Below, piece after piece: positions 50,346 to 61,290 of a stretch of DNA of 64,000 nt. The position numbers and the translations under genes were made by a program. Origin of the DNA: Dehalococcoidia bacterium (lineage in GTDB: Bacteria > Chloroflexota > Dehalococcoidia > GIF9 > DYGU01); assembly GCA_042408205.1 (NCBI GenBank), contig JBHOQK010000009.1, positions 5,486 through 69,485 on the forward strand, in the 5' to 3' direction. The notes beneath the pieces are model-generated. The model made no database searches. It was not told the DNA's origin and saw only the letters and a program-made list of their open reading frames with translations. Positions within the stretch are counted from its first letter, which is position 1; each line of letters starts with the position of its first letter.

Positions 50346-52802
50346 ATGGCGAGTAGATTTGAGAAGTTTTCGGAGCGGGCTCGCAAAGCTCTGACTCGGG
50401 CACAAGAAGAGGCTCAACGCTTTGGACATAATTATGTAGATACAGAGCATATTTTGTTGGGGGTGGTAGGGGAAGAAGAAGGCGTTGCAGCTAAAGTCTT
50501 AACCAACTTAGGTGTTGTTTTAAGTAAAGTTCGGGCGGCAGTAGAGTTTGTGGTGGGGCGAGGCGGTAAGCCAATTATTGGGGAAATTGGACTGACACCC
50601 CGAGCCAAAAAAGCTATTGAATTTGCCGTAGACGAGGCTCGTCGCTTTAATCATAATTACATTGGCACAGAACATCTTCTCCTTGGGCTACTTAGGGAGG
50701 GGGAAGGAGTTGCTGCCGGAATTCTGGAAAGTTTCGGTGTTACTTTGGAGAAGGCACGAGCTGAAATAGCTCGGTTTCTTAGCCAGAGTATTCCCCATGC
50801 TCACGCTGTTACTCGAAGCTCAACTCGAACCCCGACTTTGGATCAAATTGGAATAGATTTAACAGCTGCTTCTCGGGCTGGGAAACTTGATCCTATTATA
50901 GGCCGCCATAAAGAGATCGAACGGGTAATTCAAATACTTAGCCGACGAACCAAGAACAACCCAGCCCTCATTGGTGAGCCCGGTGTGGGTAAGACAGCTA
51001 TTGTAGAAGGCTTAGCTCATCGGATTGTAGCCGGGGAAGTTCCTGAAATGCTGCAAGGTAAGCGAGTCATAGTATTAGATGTTGGAGCTTTGGTGGCAGG
51101 CACAAAATACCGGGGCGAGTTTGAGGAAAGACTGAAAAAAGTTATCGATGAGATAAAAACAGCCGGCAATTGTATTCTCTTTATTGATGAATTACATACC
51201 ATTGTTGGTGCTGGAGCTGCTGAAGGAGCGGTGGATGCTGCCAATATTTTAAAGCCGTCTTTGTCCCGGGGTGAAATCCAGTGTATTGGAGCAACTACCC
51301 TTGATGAATATCGTAAATATGTGGAAAAAGATGCTGCCCTGGAAAGGCGTTTTCAACCGGTTTTGGTAGCCGAACCAACGATAGAGGAAACTTTAGAAAT
51401 TCTAAGAGGTATTAAGGGACGTTATGAAGAGCACCATCGCTTGATTATTAGTGATGAAGCTTTACGAGCTGCTGTTTCTTTAGCTGTTCGGTATATACCC
51501 GACCGCTTTTTACCTGACAAAGCAATAGATTTGATGGATGAGGCAGCTTCACGAGTCCGAATTAAGCGTGGTGTGGTACCTATTGGTTTAACGGAAGCTA
51601 AACGAGCTTTAGAAAGCGTGCGCAAAGATAAAGATGCTGCTATTGCTGCTCAGCAATATGAATATGCGGCTGAATTACGTGACCGAGAAATCCAGTTAAT
51701 GGAAAAAATTAAGAAAATTGAGCAGGAATGGCAGAGGGAGCAACAATTGGAGAAACCTGTAGTGACACCGGAAGATGTGGCTGAAGTGGTCAGTATGTGG
51801 ACTGGTATTCCCGTTGCCCGGTTAACTGCTGACGAATCGAGCCGATTACTCCATATGGAAGAATTTTTACACCAGCGTATTATCGGTCAAGATGAAGCTG
51901 TAGCTACTGTGTCTAGGGCTGTTAGAAGAGCCAGAGCTGGCCTAAAAGATCCCCGTCATCCTATTGGTAGCTTCATCTTCCTGGGACCAACCGGCGTGGG
52001 TAAAACTGAATTAGTGAGGGCTTTAGCTGAGTTTATGTTTGGTAGTGAAGATAGCTTGATTAGGCTTGATATGTCTGAGTTTATGGAACGCCATAGTGTA
52101 GCGCGACTGGTTGGTGCTCCGCCTGGTTATGTTGGCTACGAGGAAGGTGGGCAATTAACTGAAGCCGTGAGACGAAATTCTTATTGCGTTATTCTTTTGG
52201 ACGAGATTGAGAAAGCTCACCCAGACGTTTTCAATATTCTACTTCAAATTTTTGATGATGGGCATCTGACAGATGCTAAAGGTCGTCGTGTTGATTTCCG
52301 TAATAGCATTATAGTTATGACCAGTAATATTGGTGCTGAACTTATTAAAAAAGATATGACTTTAGGATTTGTGGCTCGGACAAACGAAGAAAAAACTCGG
52401 CAAATTGAATATGAAAAAATGAAGGAGAAGGTGCTTGGAGAGCTCAAGAAAACTTTTCGCCCTGAATTCTTAAATCGTATCGATGCTATAGTGGTTTTTC
52501 ATTCTTTAACTAAAGAGCAGATCCGGCAAATAGTTGACCTAATGCTTAAACAGGTGGCTAAACCATTAGCGGAAAAGGATATTAAATTAGAAATTACCGA
52601 GGCTGCCAAAGATTTCTTGGGTGAAAAGGGGTATGATCCAACTTTTGGTGCCAGACCTCTCCGTCGGGTGATCCAGAATTTGGTGGAGGACCCTCTATCT
52701 GAGGCTTTACTTCGTGGAGAGTTCCAGCCAGGAGATACGGTGAAGATAGACAGCGACGGCGAAAAGATTATAATTGTTTCAGCAGCTTTATCCAAAAAAT
52801 AA
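50346..52802 (+). CDS. clpC: ATP-dependent Clp protease ATP-binding subunit ClpC
   Basis: It has two Clp-N repeats, two AAA+ modules (GEPGVGKT and GPTGVGKT), and a UVR-like linker. The start is chosen at MASRFEKF. The track ORF begins at the GTG at 50340. Confidence 0.95.
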   Translation: MASRFEKFSERARKALTRAQEEAQRFGHNYVDTEHILLGVVGEEEGVAAKVLTNLGVVLSKVRAAVEFVVGRGGKPIIGEIGLTPRAKKAIEFAVDEARRFNHNYIGTEHLLLGLLREGEGVAAGILESFGVTLEKARAEIARFLSQSIPHAHAVTRSSTRTPTLDQIGIDLTAASRAGKLDPIIGRHKEIERVIQILSRRTKNNPALIGEPGVGKTAIVEGLAHRIVAGEVPEMLQGKRVIVLDVGALVAGTKYRGEFEERLKKVIDEIKTAGNCILFIDELHTIVGAGAAEGAVDAANILKPSLSRGEIQCIGATTLDEYRKYVEKDAALERRFQPVLVAEPTIEETLEILRGIKGRYEEHHRLIISDEALRAAVSLAVRYIPDRFLPDKAIDLMDEAASRVRIKRGVVPIGLTEAKRALESVRKDKDAAIAAQQYEYAAELRDREIQLMEKIKKIEQEWQREQQLEKPVVTPEDVAEVVSMWTGIPVARLTADESSRLLHMEEFLHQRIIGQDEAVATVSRAVRRARAGLKDPRHPIGSFIFLGPTGVGKTELVRALAEFMFGSEDSLIRLDMSEFMERHSVARLVGAPPGYVGYEEGGQLTEAVRRNSYCVILLDEIEKAHPDVFNILLQIFDDGHLTDAKGRRVDFRNSIIVMTSNIGAELIKKDMTLGFVARTNEEKTRQIEYEKMKEKVLGELKKTFRPEFLNRIDAIVVFHSLTKEQIRQIVDLMLKQVAKPLAEKDIKLEITEAAKDFLGEKGYDPTFGARPLRRVIQNLVEDPLSEALLRGEFQPGDTVKIDSDGEKIIIVSAALSKK

Positions 52803-52846
52803 CTTACTGCTAATTTACGGACTTATTAGGCAAAGAACAAGTTGAT

Positions 52847-52890
52847 GGGGCGGAATCAAGTTAAAAATTGATGGTTCCGCCTTTTTAATA
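52847..52890 (+). terminator. Rho-independent terminator after clpC
   Basis: A GC-rich inverted repeat, GGGGCGGAA...TTCCGCC, followed by TTTTTAATAT. Confidence 0.5.
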
Positions 52891-52931
52891 TTTAAATTTA
52901 ATTAAAGGAAAATCAAGGGGAAGCTGGTTGT

Positions 52932-54338
52932 TTGAATGCTAATGATTTAGGTAAGTCTAAATTTAAGACTGTATTTATTTGCCAGCAATGTGGCAAAGAA
53001 AGCTTGAAATGGCTGGGACGATGTCCTGCTTGCCAAGGGTGGAATAGCTTTGTAGAAACTGTAGTGAAGGTAACTTCTCCTTTATCTTCTTGGTTACTTT
53101 CTTCGGAAAACCCACCTCAAGAACTTTCTCATATAACAACTGAAGGTTTTCCGAGACTTAGGGTACCTCTTGATGAGTTTAACCGGGTTTTGGGTGGTGG
53201 GATAGTGAAGGGTTCATTAGTGCTTATTGGTGGTGACCCAGGCGTTGGTAAATCGACTTTGTTGCTTCAAGTTTCATCTCTAATAGCTGATAAAAAGACT
53301 TCAGTGGTCTATGTATCTGGAGAAGAATCTTTACAGCAAATCAAATTAAGAGCTGAGCGGTTGGGAATAAAAGGGGACGGGCTCTTTCTATTATCAGAAA
53401 CCAATGTGACGACGATCCTAAGTCATTTGGAAGAATTGCGCCCGAATTTGGTTATTGTTGATTCTATTCAAACAATTTATTCTGAAGATTTAGCCGGAGC
53501 CCCTGGAAGTGTAGCTCAAATACGGGAATGTACTTTAAAGCTCATGCACTGGGCAAAGAGAAAAGAAGTGCCAGTTTTTATTACTGGGCATGTGACTAAG
53601 GATGGAGCTATTGCTGGCCCCAAAGTGCTTGAGCATATTGTCGATGTGGTTCTATATTTGGAAGGGGAGTCTTTTAGTCCTTATCGTGTTTTACGGAGTG
53701 TTAAGAATCGTTTTGGCTCTACTAACGAAGTTGGCGTCTTTGAAATGGGTTCTCAAGGTTTGGTTGAAGTAGAAAATCCCTCTCAAGCTTTTTTGTCCCA
53801 GCGCTTAGATGGGGCTATTGGTTCAGTGGTAGTGCCTACCCTTGAAGGTAGTCGTCCCTTGTTAGTTGAGATCCAAGCTTTAACTACACCAGCGAACTTT
53901 GGTCCACCCCGGCGTGTGGCTAACGGTGTTGATTTTAGTCGATTACTTTTAATAACGGCAGTCTTAACTCGACGCGCTGGGTTAAACTTGTCCCAACAAG
54001 ATATCATGGTAAATGTTACCGGAGGATTAAAAATAAGCGAACCAGCTGCTGACTTAGGGATTGCTTTAGCAATTGCTTCCAGTTTTAAAGATACAAATAT
54101 CAAGGAAAGAACAGCTGTATTAGGGGAGATAGGGTTAAGTGGCGAAATTAGACCCGTGCCTCAACTAGACAGACGACTTACCGAGGTTGAAAGGCTTGGG
54201 TTTAGCCGGTGCCTTATTCCGGAAATTGTCCGTAAATCAGTTCCTAATTTCCCTAATATGGAACTAATTAAAGTAGCCACTGTTACTCAAGCTTTGCGTC
54301 TGGGACTTAATTGGAAAGGGAAAAGGACTAACCAATGA
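52932..54338 (+). CDS. radA: DNA repair protein RadA (Sms)
   Basis: 468 aa with a TTG start. Has a C4 zinc finger (CQQCG...CPAC), a RecA-like ATPase (GGDPGVGKSTL), the KNRFG motif, and a Lon-like C-terminal domain. Confidence 0.95.
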   Translation: MNANDLGKSKFKTVFICQQCGKESLKWLGRCPACQGWNSFVETVVKVTSPLSSWLLSSENPPQELSHITTEGFPRLRVPLDEFNRVLGGGIVKGSLVLIGGDPGVGKSTLLLQVSSLIADKKTSVVYVSGEESLQQIKLRAERLGIKGDGLFLLSETNVTTILSHLEELRPNLVIVDSIQTIYSEDLAGAPGSVAQIRECTLKLMHWAKRKEVPVFITGHVTKDGAIAGPKVLEHIVDVVLYLEGESFSPYRVLRSVKNRFGSTNEVGVFEMGSQGLVEVENPSQAFLSQRLDGAIGSVVVPTLEGSRPLLVEIQALTTPANFGPPRRVANGVDFSRLLLITAVLTRRAGLNLSQQDIMVNVTGGLKISEPAADLGIALAIASSFKDTNIKERTAVLGEIGLSGEIRPVPQLDRRLTEVERLGFSRCLIPEIVRKSVPNFPNMELIKVATVTQALRLGLNWKGKRTNQ

Positions 54339-55057
54339 GACAATCTTATAGGCTTGGAGTCATTATCGCCGCTGCTGGAAAATCCCGACGAATGGGCAAT
54401 AGAGATAAACTCTTTTTACCTTTGGGTGGTAAACCCCTTTTGTGTTGGGCGGTAGATACCTGTCAAAAAAGTCCTTTAGTCAGTCAAATTGTTCTGGTGT
54501 TAAAGGAGGCGGACTTGGATCGGGGGAGGAAATTAGTCATTGAACGGAACTGGACTAAGGTAACCTCTGTTTGTAGTGGCGGTGAGCGGCGTCAAGATTC
54601 GGTTAAAAGAGGGTTGAAGGAACTAAAAGATTGTGCCTGGGTGATGATTCACGATGGCGCTCGCCCTTTTTTGACTCTCAGTTTAATTGAGGCTGGCTTA
54701 AGAGCTGCTATGGAAACGGGAGCAGCTGTGGCAGCAGTGCCGGCGAAGGACACTATAAAAATAGCTACCCCGGAGGGAATAATTAAAGAGACTTTGAACC
54801 GAAGTCAGCTGTGGATAGTCCAGACACCTCAAATATTCCGTTACAACATAATAGTTTCAGCTTATAGCCAAGTAGGTGAAGAAGTTACTGACGATGCAAC
54901 TCTGGTTGAGAAACTTGGTTACAAAGTGAAGCTTTACATGGGTGATTATAATAATATAAAAATAACTACTCCTGAAGATTTATTATTAGCGGAAATAATT
55001 GCTAAAACCTGTTATTGGGAATGCGTATCGGAATCGGTTACGATGCCCATCCCTTAG
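54335..55057 (+). CDS. ispD: 2-C-methyl-D-erythritol 4-phosphate cytidylyltransferase
   Basis: 240 aa with the IspD motif VIIAAAGKSRRMG. Confidence 0.9.
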   Translation: MRQSYRLGVIIAAAGKSRRMGNRDKLFLPLGGKPLLCWAVDTCQKSPLVSQIVLVLKEADLDRGRKLVIERNWTKVTSVCSGGERRQDSVKRGLKELKDCAWVMIHDGARPFLTLSLIEAGLRAAMETGAAVAAVPAKDTIKIATPEGIIKETLNRSQLWIVQTPQIFRYNIIVSAYSQVGEEVTDDATLVEKLGYKVKLYMGDYNNIKITTPEDLLLAEIIAKTCYWECVSESVTMPIP

Positions 55058-55494
55058 TTTCGGGGCGTAAACTTATATTAGGTGGGCTTGAAATTCCCTT
55101 TTCCAGAGGCTTATCTGGATATAGCGATGCTGATGTATTAACCCATGCTATTATTGATGCATTATTAGGTGCGGCTAATCTTGGCGATATTGGTCGCCAG
55201 TTCCCGGCTGGGGAGCCAAAATACCAAGACATTTCTAGCCTTATTTTATTGGCTGAAGTCAAAGAATTATTACTTGAGGCAGGGTTTAAAATTAGCAATA
55301 TTGATGCTACTATTATTGCTGAGGAACCTAAATTATCTCCTTTTCTTGAAGAAATAAGGCAACGCCTTAGCCAAATTTTAGAAATTAATCTTAACCAAAT
55401 AAGCCTTAAGGCAAAGACGGCTAACCAGTTAGGTTTCGTGGGTAGAGAAGAAGGTATGGCAGCGATGGCTGTGGCTTTAATCGAAGAGAAATGA
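55021..55494 (+). CDS. ispF: 2-C-methyl-D-erythritol 2,4-cyclodiphosphate synthase
   Basis: Start [12 protein letters not shown], followed by SDADV and the IspF core. Confidence 0.9.
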   Translation: MRIGIGYDAHPLVSGRKLILGGLEIPFSRGLSGYSDADVLTHAIIDALLGAANLGDIGRQFPAGEPKYQDISSLILLAEVKELLLEAGFKISNIDATIIAEEPKLSPFLEEIRQRLSQILEINLNQISLKAKTANQLGFVGREEGMAAMAVALIEEK

Positions 55495-56138
55495 AGCTTA
55501 TAAAAAGCATAAAAAGAGATATACAAGCTGTTTTTGAGCATGATCCCGCAGCTAGGAATATTTGGGAAGTGCTTTTAGCTTATCCCGGGTTTCATGCTCG
55601 CCAGTTTCATCGTATAGCTCATACTTTATGGAATTGGCATATTCCGGTAATACCTCGGTTAATTTCTCATATTAGCCGTTTTCTCACTGGAATTGAAATT
55701 CACCCTGGTGCCAAAATAGGAGAAGGCTTTTTTATTGACCATGGTATGGGGGTAGTCATAGGGGAAACTTCAGAAATCGGGGATAATGTGGCTATATATC
55801 AGGGTGTTACCTTGGGGGGGACTAGCATGCGTCGAGAAAAGCGTCACCCCACTTTGGGTAATAATGTGGTTGTTGGCGCCGGAGCTAAACTTATTGGGGC
55901 TATTACTATAGGTGATAATGTCAAAATTGGGGCTGGTTCAGTGGTAATAACCTCGGTTCCTCCTAATGCGACTGTGGTTGGGGTACCGGGGCGAGTAGTG
56001 GAAATTCGTAATCCTGATACAGATACGGTAGAGAAATTACCTGATCCAGTTTGGGAAAAAATCCAAGAATTAGAAAAGCGAGTGGCGAAGCTGGAAAAAC
56101 TGATTGCCGAATATCGGAAGATCGAGGAAGAAAAATGA
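55491..56138 (+). CDS. cysE: Serine O-acetyltransferase
   Basis: 215 aa with a SATase N-terminal domain and hexapeptide repeats. Confidence 0.9.
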   Translation: MKLIKSIKRDIQAVFEHDPAARNIWEVLLAYPGFHARQFHRIAHTLWNWHIPVIPRLISHISRFLTGIEIHPGAKIGEGFFIDHGMGVVIGETSEIGDNVAIYQGVTLGGTSMRREKRHPTLGNNVVVGAGAKLIGAITIGDNVKIGAGSVVITSVPPNATVVGVPGRVVEIRNPDTDTVEKLPDPVWEKIQELEKRVAKLEKLIAEYRKIEEEK

Positions 56139-57496
56139 AAATCTTTAATACCCTAACGGGGAAAAAGGAGGAATTTTATCCCCGCGGTGAAACCGTAACC
56201 ATGTATGTTTGTGGTGTCACTACTTATGACGATTGTCATATCGGGCATGCTATGAGCTATATTGTTTTTGATATCGTCAGGCGTTATTTAGAGTTTAAAG
56301 GATATAAAGTAAAACACGTCCAGAATTTCACTGATATTGATGACAAGATAATAAATCGGGCTCAACAAATAGGCATACCACCTTCAGAGTTAGCTGAAAA
56401 ATATATTTCCGAGTATTTTGTTGATATGGATGCCTTAAACATCAAAAGAGCTCATGTTTATCCGAAGGCGACGGAGGAAATAGGCAAAATTATTGAGATC
56501 ATTCAGACTTTGATGGAAAAGGGATATGCTTATGAATCGGAAGGCAGTGTCTATTTTCGGGTAAAAAATTTTCCCAACTATGGGAAATTAAGCAAACAAA
56601 ACATGGAGGAGATGATATCAAAAGCAACTATTGAAGCTGAGAAAAAGGAGCACCCCTTAGATTTTGCTTTATGGAAAAAAGCCAAACCAGGTGAGCCTTT
56701 CTGGGAAAGTCCTTGGGGAAGGGGTAGACCGGGCTGGCATATTGAATGCAGCGCCATGGCGCTAAAATATCTGGGGGAGAGCCTTGATATTCACGGGGGT
56801 GGGCAGGACCTTATTTTCCCTCACCATGAAAATGAGATAGCTCAGTCAGAAAGCTTTACCGGAAATACTCCTTTCGTTAGATATTGGATGCACAACGGAC
56901 TTATGCAATTGGGTAAAGAAAAGATGAGCAAGTCTTTAGGCAATCTGATAACGGTAAAAGAAGCTCTAAGGCGCTACAGTCCTGATGCCATTAGGCTTTT
57001 TATTCTTAGCTCTCATTACCGTAATCCCTTAACTTATAGTGAGGAAGCTTTAGAAGCAGCTGAAAAGGGGATGGAAAGATTGCGCCAAGCAGCTAAGGTT
57101 GAAGGGGGAATTGGGGGGCAGACAGTTTTAGAACCTGAGCCCTTCAGGCAAAAATTCATTGAAGCTATGGATGATGACTTCCACACGGCTCAGGCGATTG
57201 GCGTTCTATTTGACTTAGCCAGAGAAATTAATCGTGCTCGGGAAGAAGGTAAAGACATTGCTCGGGCGCGGAAGGAGTTGATAGAGTTAGCTGCTGTTTT
57301 GGGTTTCACTTTAGAAGAGAAGGCAAAACCACCCCTTGATGCTGAACCTTTTATTGAACTTCTGATTTCTGTCCGGGATGAACTTCGCCAGAAAAAAAAT
57401 TGGGAGCTGGCTGACAAAATCCGGAGTCATTTAGCTGGTCTCGGCATTGTTCTGGAAGACACCCAAAAGGGGACAATTTGGAAACGTCTCCGTTAA
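56135..57496 (+). CDS. cysS: Cysteine--tRNA ligase
   Basis: Has HIGH (CHIGHAMSY) and KMSKS motifs. The start is an ATGA overlap with the cysE stop (MKIFNTLTG). Confidence 0.95.
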   Translation: MKIFNTLTGKKEEFYPRGETVTMYVCGVTTYDDCHIGHAMSYIVFDIVRRYLEFKGYKVKHVQNFTDIDDKIINRAQQIGIPPSELAEKYISEYFVDMDALNIKRAHVYPKATEEIGKIIEIIQTLMEKGYAYESEGSVYFRVKNFPNYGKLSKQNMEEMISKATIEAEKKEHPLDFALWKKAKPGEPFWESPWGRGRPGWHIECSAMALKYLGESLDIHGGGQDLIFPHHENEIAQSESFTGNTPFVRYWMHNGLMQLGKEKMSKSLGNLITVKEALRRYSPDAIRLFILSSHYRNPLTYSEEALEAAEKGMERLRQAAKVEGGIGGQTVLEPEPFRQKFIEAMDDDFHTAQAIGVLFDLAREINRAREEGKDIARARKELIELAAVLGFTLEEKAKPPLDAEPFIELLISVRDELRQKKNWELADKIRSHLAGLGIVLEDTQKGTIWKRLR

Positions 57497-57580
57497 CTCA
57501 GCAGCTATATACTGGTATTTTACAAAAACCGTAACTGTTAAGCGAGATTTTGAAAAAGATTAAAGGGAAGAAATTTTAAA

Positions 57581-57982
57581 ATGAAAGAGCCGCGAGAGGT
57601 TAAATTGATAAGCGATGGAGAAAGTTGGGATGAAACTACGGGTAAGCATCGCTGGATTCGAGTATTGGGATGGGGCCCTGGACTTGGCAGGAAAATTTGG
57701 AGTGGAAGCTACAAATTAGTTTATGGCACTCCGAGAAAATTGTGGGATCCCCAAAAACCTGAGAAGCCTCTTTTTGAGGCTTACGAAATTGAAGGAGAAT
57801 TTGATGCTGATACCATTCAATGGAAGTGGGGAAAAATGAAGGTAAAGAATTTGGAAACAGGAGAAATTAACACTTTTGAGATTGAAGATTGGAGTTTTTC
57901 CCTTTATGAAGGGGATAAGTTATATTTCTCAGACGGTACACTACTTTTGTCTTGTAAATTTGTTGATACAAAAGAGAAGTAA
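57581..57982 (+). CDS. Hypothetical Trp-rich protein with no recognised domain
   Basis: 133 aa with an AAGGGAAGA RBS-like sequence upstream. It is acidic and Trp/Gly-rich (WIRVLGWGPGLGRKIWSGSY...WKWGKMKV). Confidence 0.4.
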   Translation: MKEPREVKLISDGESWDETTGKHRWIRVLGWGPGLGRKIWSGSYKLVYGTPRKLWDPQKPEKPLFEAYEIEGEFDADTIQWKWGKMKVKNLETGEINTFEIEDWSFSLYEGDKLYFSDGTLLLSCKFVDTKEK

Positions 57983-58043
57983 ATAACCCAATACTATAAG
58001 AAAAAAGCACAGTATACAAACGCCTTTGTTGAGCCTTTAAAGA

Positions 58044-58880
58044 CTACTCAAAGCTAACACGGCTGCCCGTATTATTGAAGAAAAAGCCTTCACCAAATTG
58101 TTGGGCTAATCTGCTGGCTGCGAGTAAGCCAGTGCAGTGAGATACCCCTAACTGCTCAATACCAAATTGTTTGAGTTCAGCAATAGTCAGCTCTATTTGT
58201 TCCGATTTGGCTCGGAAAAGGTGAGTGCCACCAATAACGGTATGAATACGCTCAATACCAGTTAGTTTTTGGGCATGAAGTAAAGTGTTGATAACTCCCC
58301 GGTGGGCACAGCCCAAAATAACGGCTAAACCTTTAGCCGTTTTGATAATAATCGCTTGGTCGTCCCATAAGGGGTCAGGACGAAATTCGTCTTTTTCTTT
58401 AATGTAAAGTTCAGGATCAATTCTTTCATGCTCGGTTACCATAGGGATCTCGCCGCTGGTAACCACCTTGTCGCTAATCCAAACAGGTTTCTTGGTCAAA
58501 TTAAAAGAAGCACCTAAATTTTCAGGCAATTCCTTGACAAAAGGTATTCCGACATAGTCTAATCGGTCTCCAAAGGTGCGGGAGTACTTAGCTGTCCATA
58601 TATCTGGATGAGCAATAACTTCTATTTCTTTTTTGATTTGGCTTAATACGGAAGGCAAGCCACCAGTATGATCCTTGTGACCGTGACTTAAGACTATTTT
58701 ATCAGTCTGGGATAAGTCTATTCCTAAAGCTGAGGCATTATAGACGACGGAAAAAGTGTGCCCTGTGTCTAAGAGGATTTTTAGATTATCTACTTCTATC
58801 AGAAGGCTTAACCCCCATTCGGCTAAAAGCCCGACTTTGCCAGCAGTATTTTCACTTAAGGTAGTAATTAGCACTGACAT
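58044..58880 (-). CDS. MBL-fold metallo-hydrolase
   Basis: 278 aa with the HxHxDH motif (SHGHKDHTGG) and downstream His/Asp ligands. Confidence 0.75.
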   Translation of the reverse strand: MSVLITTLSENTAGKVGLLAEWGLSLLIEVDNLKILLDTGHTFSVVYNASALGIDLSQTDKIVLSHGHKDHTGGLPSVLSQIKKEIEVIAHPDIWTAKYSRTFGDRLDYVGIPFVKELPENLGASFNLTKKPVWISDKVVTSGEIPMVTEHERIDPELYIKEKDEFRPDPLWDDQAIIIKTAKGLAVILGCAHRGVINTLLHAQKLTGIERIHTVIGGTHLFRAKSEQIELTIAELKQFGIEQLGVSHCTGLLAASRLAQQFGEGFFFNNTGSRVSFE

Positions 58881-58885
58881 TAGGT

Positions 58886-60262
58886 TTATCCTTTAGCTAT
58901 AGCTTCATCAGCAGCCGTAGCAATTTGAGCCACTGTGGCTGAAGCGGTAAAGGTAGGATGAGCCGCTGTCTGGAGCACAGCCAATTCTTCAGCGGTCATC
59001 TTTTTACTAATAGCAGTGCTAATGACATTTATCATTTCAGCGGCTGTAAGGCTACCAGACACTTGTCCACCAAGAATCTGGTGAGTGTTTCGGTCAAAGA
59101 TAAGCTTAGCCCGAATTTCCCTTCGGTCAGGCATAGTTGCTGGATGTCTATCGGGAGCTATGGCATCGCCAACGATAACATCAAAGCCGGCTTCTTTGGC
59201 TGCTTTTTCTGTTAGCCCGGCAGCTCCTAGGACTAAATCCCCAACTAAGGTAGAGAAGACACCAATAGCACCCTCATTTTTTCTTTTTAAACCGAAGAGG
59301 TTAATGCCAGCAATACGAGCTTCTGTAGCAGCAATAGAAGCCAATCGGAGAGGTACTGGTTTACCGGTGAAAAAGGAAAACTTCTCGGCACAGTCCCCTA
59401 CGGCAAAAATATTCGGAGAACTAGTTCTCATATAAGGGTCAACCCAGATACCCTTCCCATCACCTATTTTTAGTCCTGCCTTCTTAGCTAAATAAGTATT
59501 AGGAACAATTCCAGTACTGACTATGACTAAATCAGCTTCCAGTTTTTCGCCAGTAGAAAGCTGGATAATCTTCCTTTTCTTTTCTGTTTCAATGCTGTTA
59601 ACCCTAGTCTCTACAAGTAGCTTTATCCCTTGTTTCCTAAGTTCCTCTTCGGCTTGGGAACAAAAGTCTTTATCGAAGGCAACAAAAAGGCAGTGGGGGA
59701 GCATTTCAATAATGGTTACTTCTATTCCTTTCTTTTTAAGTTCACAAGCAACTTCAACTCCAATAAAGCCACCACCAATGATTGCTACTGACTGGCATCC
59801 TTTTATAGCTTCAAATATTACTTCTATTAAGTTAGCATTGTTCATAATCGGAAAAACATTAGGCGAGTTTATGCCAGGTATGGGGGGAAGGGATGGGATT
59901 GAGCCGGTGGCAATGACTAACTTATCATAAGCAATTGTTTCCCCTTTTATAGTGGTGACTTTCTTAGCCTCTTTGTCTATGGCAGTAGCCACATCTATGA
60001 TTAACTCTATGTCGCGGCGAAGTAGGAAAGAATCGGGTATTACATCTTTTTCCACTGAGTCTAAAGTGCCAAAAATATAAGGAATACCACAGGGAAATAA
60101 AGCCTTTTCTTCTCGACGGATAAGAATAATGTGGGCATCTTTATTGTGCCTTCGGGCAGTTACTGCTGTAGCAATACCACCAGTACTACCGCCAATAATG
60201 ACAATTTCTGCCTTTTTTGCCAATGCTTCCTCCTTTTTAAATTTTAATTTTAATAAAGACAA
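58886..60262 (-). CDS. CoA-disulfide reductase / NADH oxidase-family pyridine nucleotide-disulfide oxidoreductase
   Basis: 458 aa. Has an FAD GxGxxG (IIGGSTGG), a single active-site Cys in LFPCGIPY, and an NAD(P) site (IIGGGFIGVE). Confidence 0.7.
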   Translation of the reverse strand: MSLLKLKFKKEEALAKKAEIVIIGGSTGGIATAVTARRHNKDAHIILIRREEKALFPCGIPYIFGTLDSVEKDVIPDSFLLRRDIELIIDVATAIDKEAKKVTTIKGETIAYDKLVIATGSIPSLPPIPGINSPNVFPIMNNANLIEVIFEAIKGCQSVAIIGGGFIGVEVACELKKKGIEVTIIEMLPHCLFVAFDKDFCSQAEEELRKQGIKLLVETRVNSIETEKKRKIIQLSTGEKLEADLVIVSTGIVPNTYLAKKAGLKIGDGKGIWVDPYMRTSSPNIFAVGDCAEKFSFFTGKPVPLRLASIAATEARIAGINLFGLKRKNEGAIGVFSTLVGDLVLGAAGLTEKAAKEAGFDVIVGDAIAPDRHPATMPDRREIRAKLIFDRNTHQILGGQVSGSLTAAEMINVISTAISKKMTAEELAVLQTAAHPTFTASATVAQIATAADEAIAKG

Positions 60263-60302
60263 TCTTTAGTCAGTTTCAACGAAACTAAAGCCTCGATAAT
60301 TA

Positions 60303-61007
60303 TTAACCTTTCTTACCGACATAAATAATGGCTATACCCTGAGTAAGGCGGTGGATTTTAATGTCTTTAATCCCAACCTCTTCCATAATTTGAGTCATTT
60401 TTTCTGGGGGAGGAAATTCTTTTATAGACTGCGGTAAATATTGAGAGTAGGCTTCTTTATTAGTAGCTAAGAGACGGATGATTAAAGGGGCGATAATATT
60501 GAGATAAAAGTTATAAAGTAATCTAAATAATTTTGATGGAGGGAGGCTTAACTCTAAGCATATTATTTCCCCGCCTTTTCTTACTACGCGAACCATTTCC
60601 CTTAGACTTCTTGGAAGGTTATAAAAATCTCTCAAGGCAAAGCTGGTAAAAGCAGCATCAAAACTGCCATTTGGGAAAGGAAGATAATGGGCATCAGCCA
60701 GAATAAAGTCTACATTTCTACTAAAGGGGGTTCTTTTTAACTTAGTTTTGGCTTTAGTCAGCATTCCTGGGCAGAAGTCAATACCTACTACTTTCCTGGT
60801 CATATCTTGTTTAGCTAATTCCAAAGCTAACTTTCCAGTTCCTGTGGCAACATCTAAAACTCTATCCCCTAAATGAGGGGTAACTTTGGAAGTGGCGTAT
60901 TTTCTCCAGTAGCTATCTCTATTGAAGCTGAGGAGAGTATTAATAAAATCATATCTGTCAGCTATAGTGGTAAAAAGTGTGTAGATATACCTCTTTTTAT
61001 TTTCCAT
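60303..61007 (-). CDS. menG: Demethylmenaquinone / ubiquinone C-methyltransferase (UbiE/MenG family)
   Basis: Class I SAM methyltransferase (VLDVATGTGKLA) with a UbiE-type N-terminal ADRYDFINTLLSF motif. The start is chosen at MENKK so it does not overlap secG. The track ORF extends to 61088. Confidence 0.75.
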   Translation of the reverse strand: MENKKRYIYTLFTTIADRYDFINTLLSFNRDSYWRKYATSKVTPHLGDRVLDVATGTGKLALELAKQDMTRKVVGIDFCPGMLTKAKTKLKRTPFSRNVDFILADAHYLPFPNGSFDAAFTSFALRDFYNLPRSLREMVRVVRKGGEIICLELSLPPSKLFRLLYNFYLNIIAPLIIRLLATNKEAYSQYLPQSIKEFPPPEKMTQIMEEVGIKDIKIHRLTQGIAIIYVGKKG

Positions 61008-61068
61008 GTTTAATTTTAAAGGGTTTTTGGAACAATTGGATAATAAAGGTAGTAGCCATTGACTTAAA

Positions 61069-61290
61069 TTATGAAACCAGTCTGACAATCCAGATAGAGA
61101 AAATTATAAATAAGATAGCTAAAGCAATAGTCAATTGGAAAAGAGTTTTTTCCACACCTCTTCGGGTGCGGTAAACAGTGTCTGGTTGTCCGAATATCCC
61201 TCCAAGCCCACTCCCCCGCACCTGAAGCAGAATGGTTAAAATTAAGCCTATAGCTACTAAGATTTGAGCAATAATCAGATATTTAGGCAT
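61069..61290 (-). CDS. secG: Preprotein translocase subunit SecG
   Basis: 73 aa with two TM helices and the conserved LLQxxxGxGLGGxFG motif. Confidence 0.85.
   Translation of the reverse strand: MPKYLIIAQILVAIGLILTILLQVRGSGLGGIFGQPDTVYRTRRGVEKTLFQLTIALAILFIIFSIWIVRLVS

Noticed and set aside
55038-55541. 167-aa minus-strand ORF
   Set aside because: It is antisense to ispF and the cysE start, and both of those are strongly supported. Treated as spurious.
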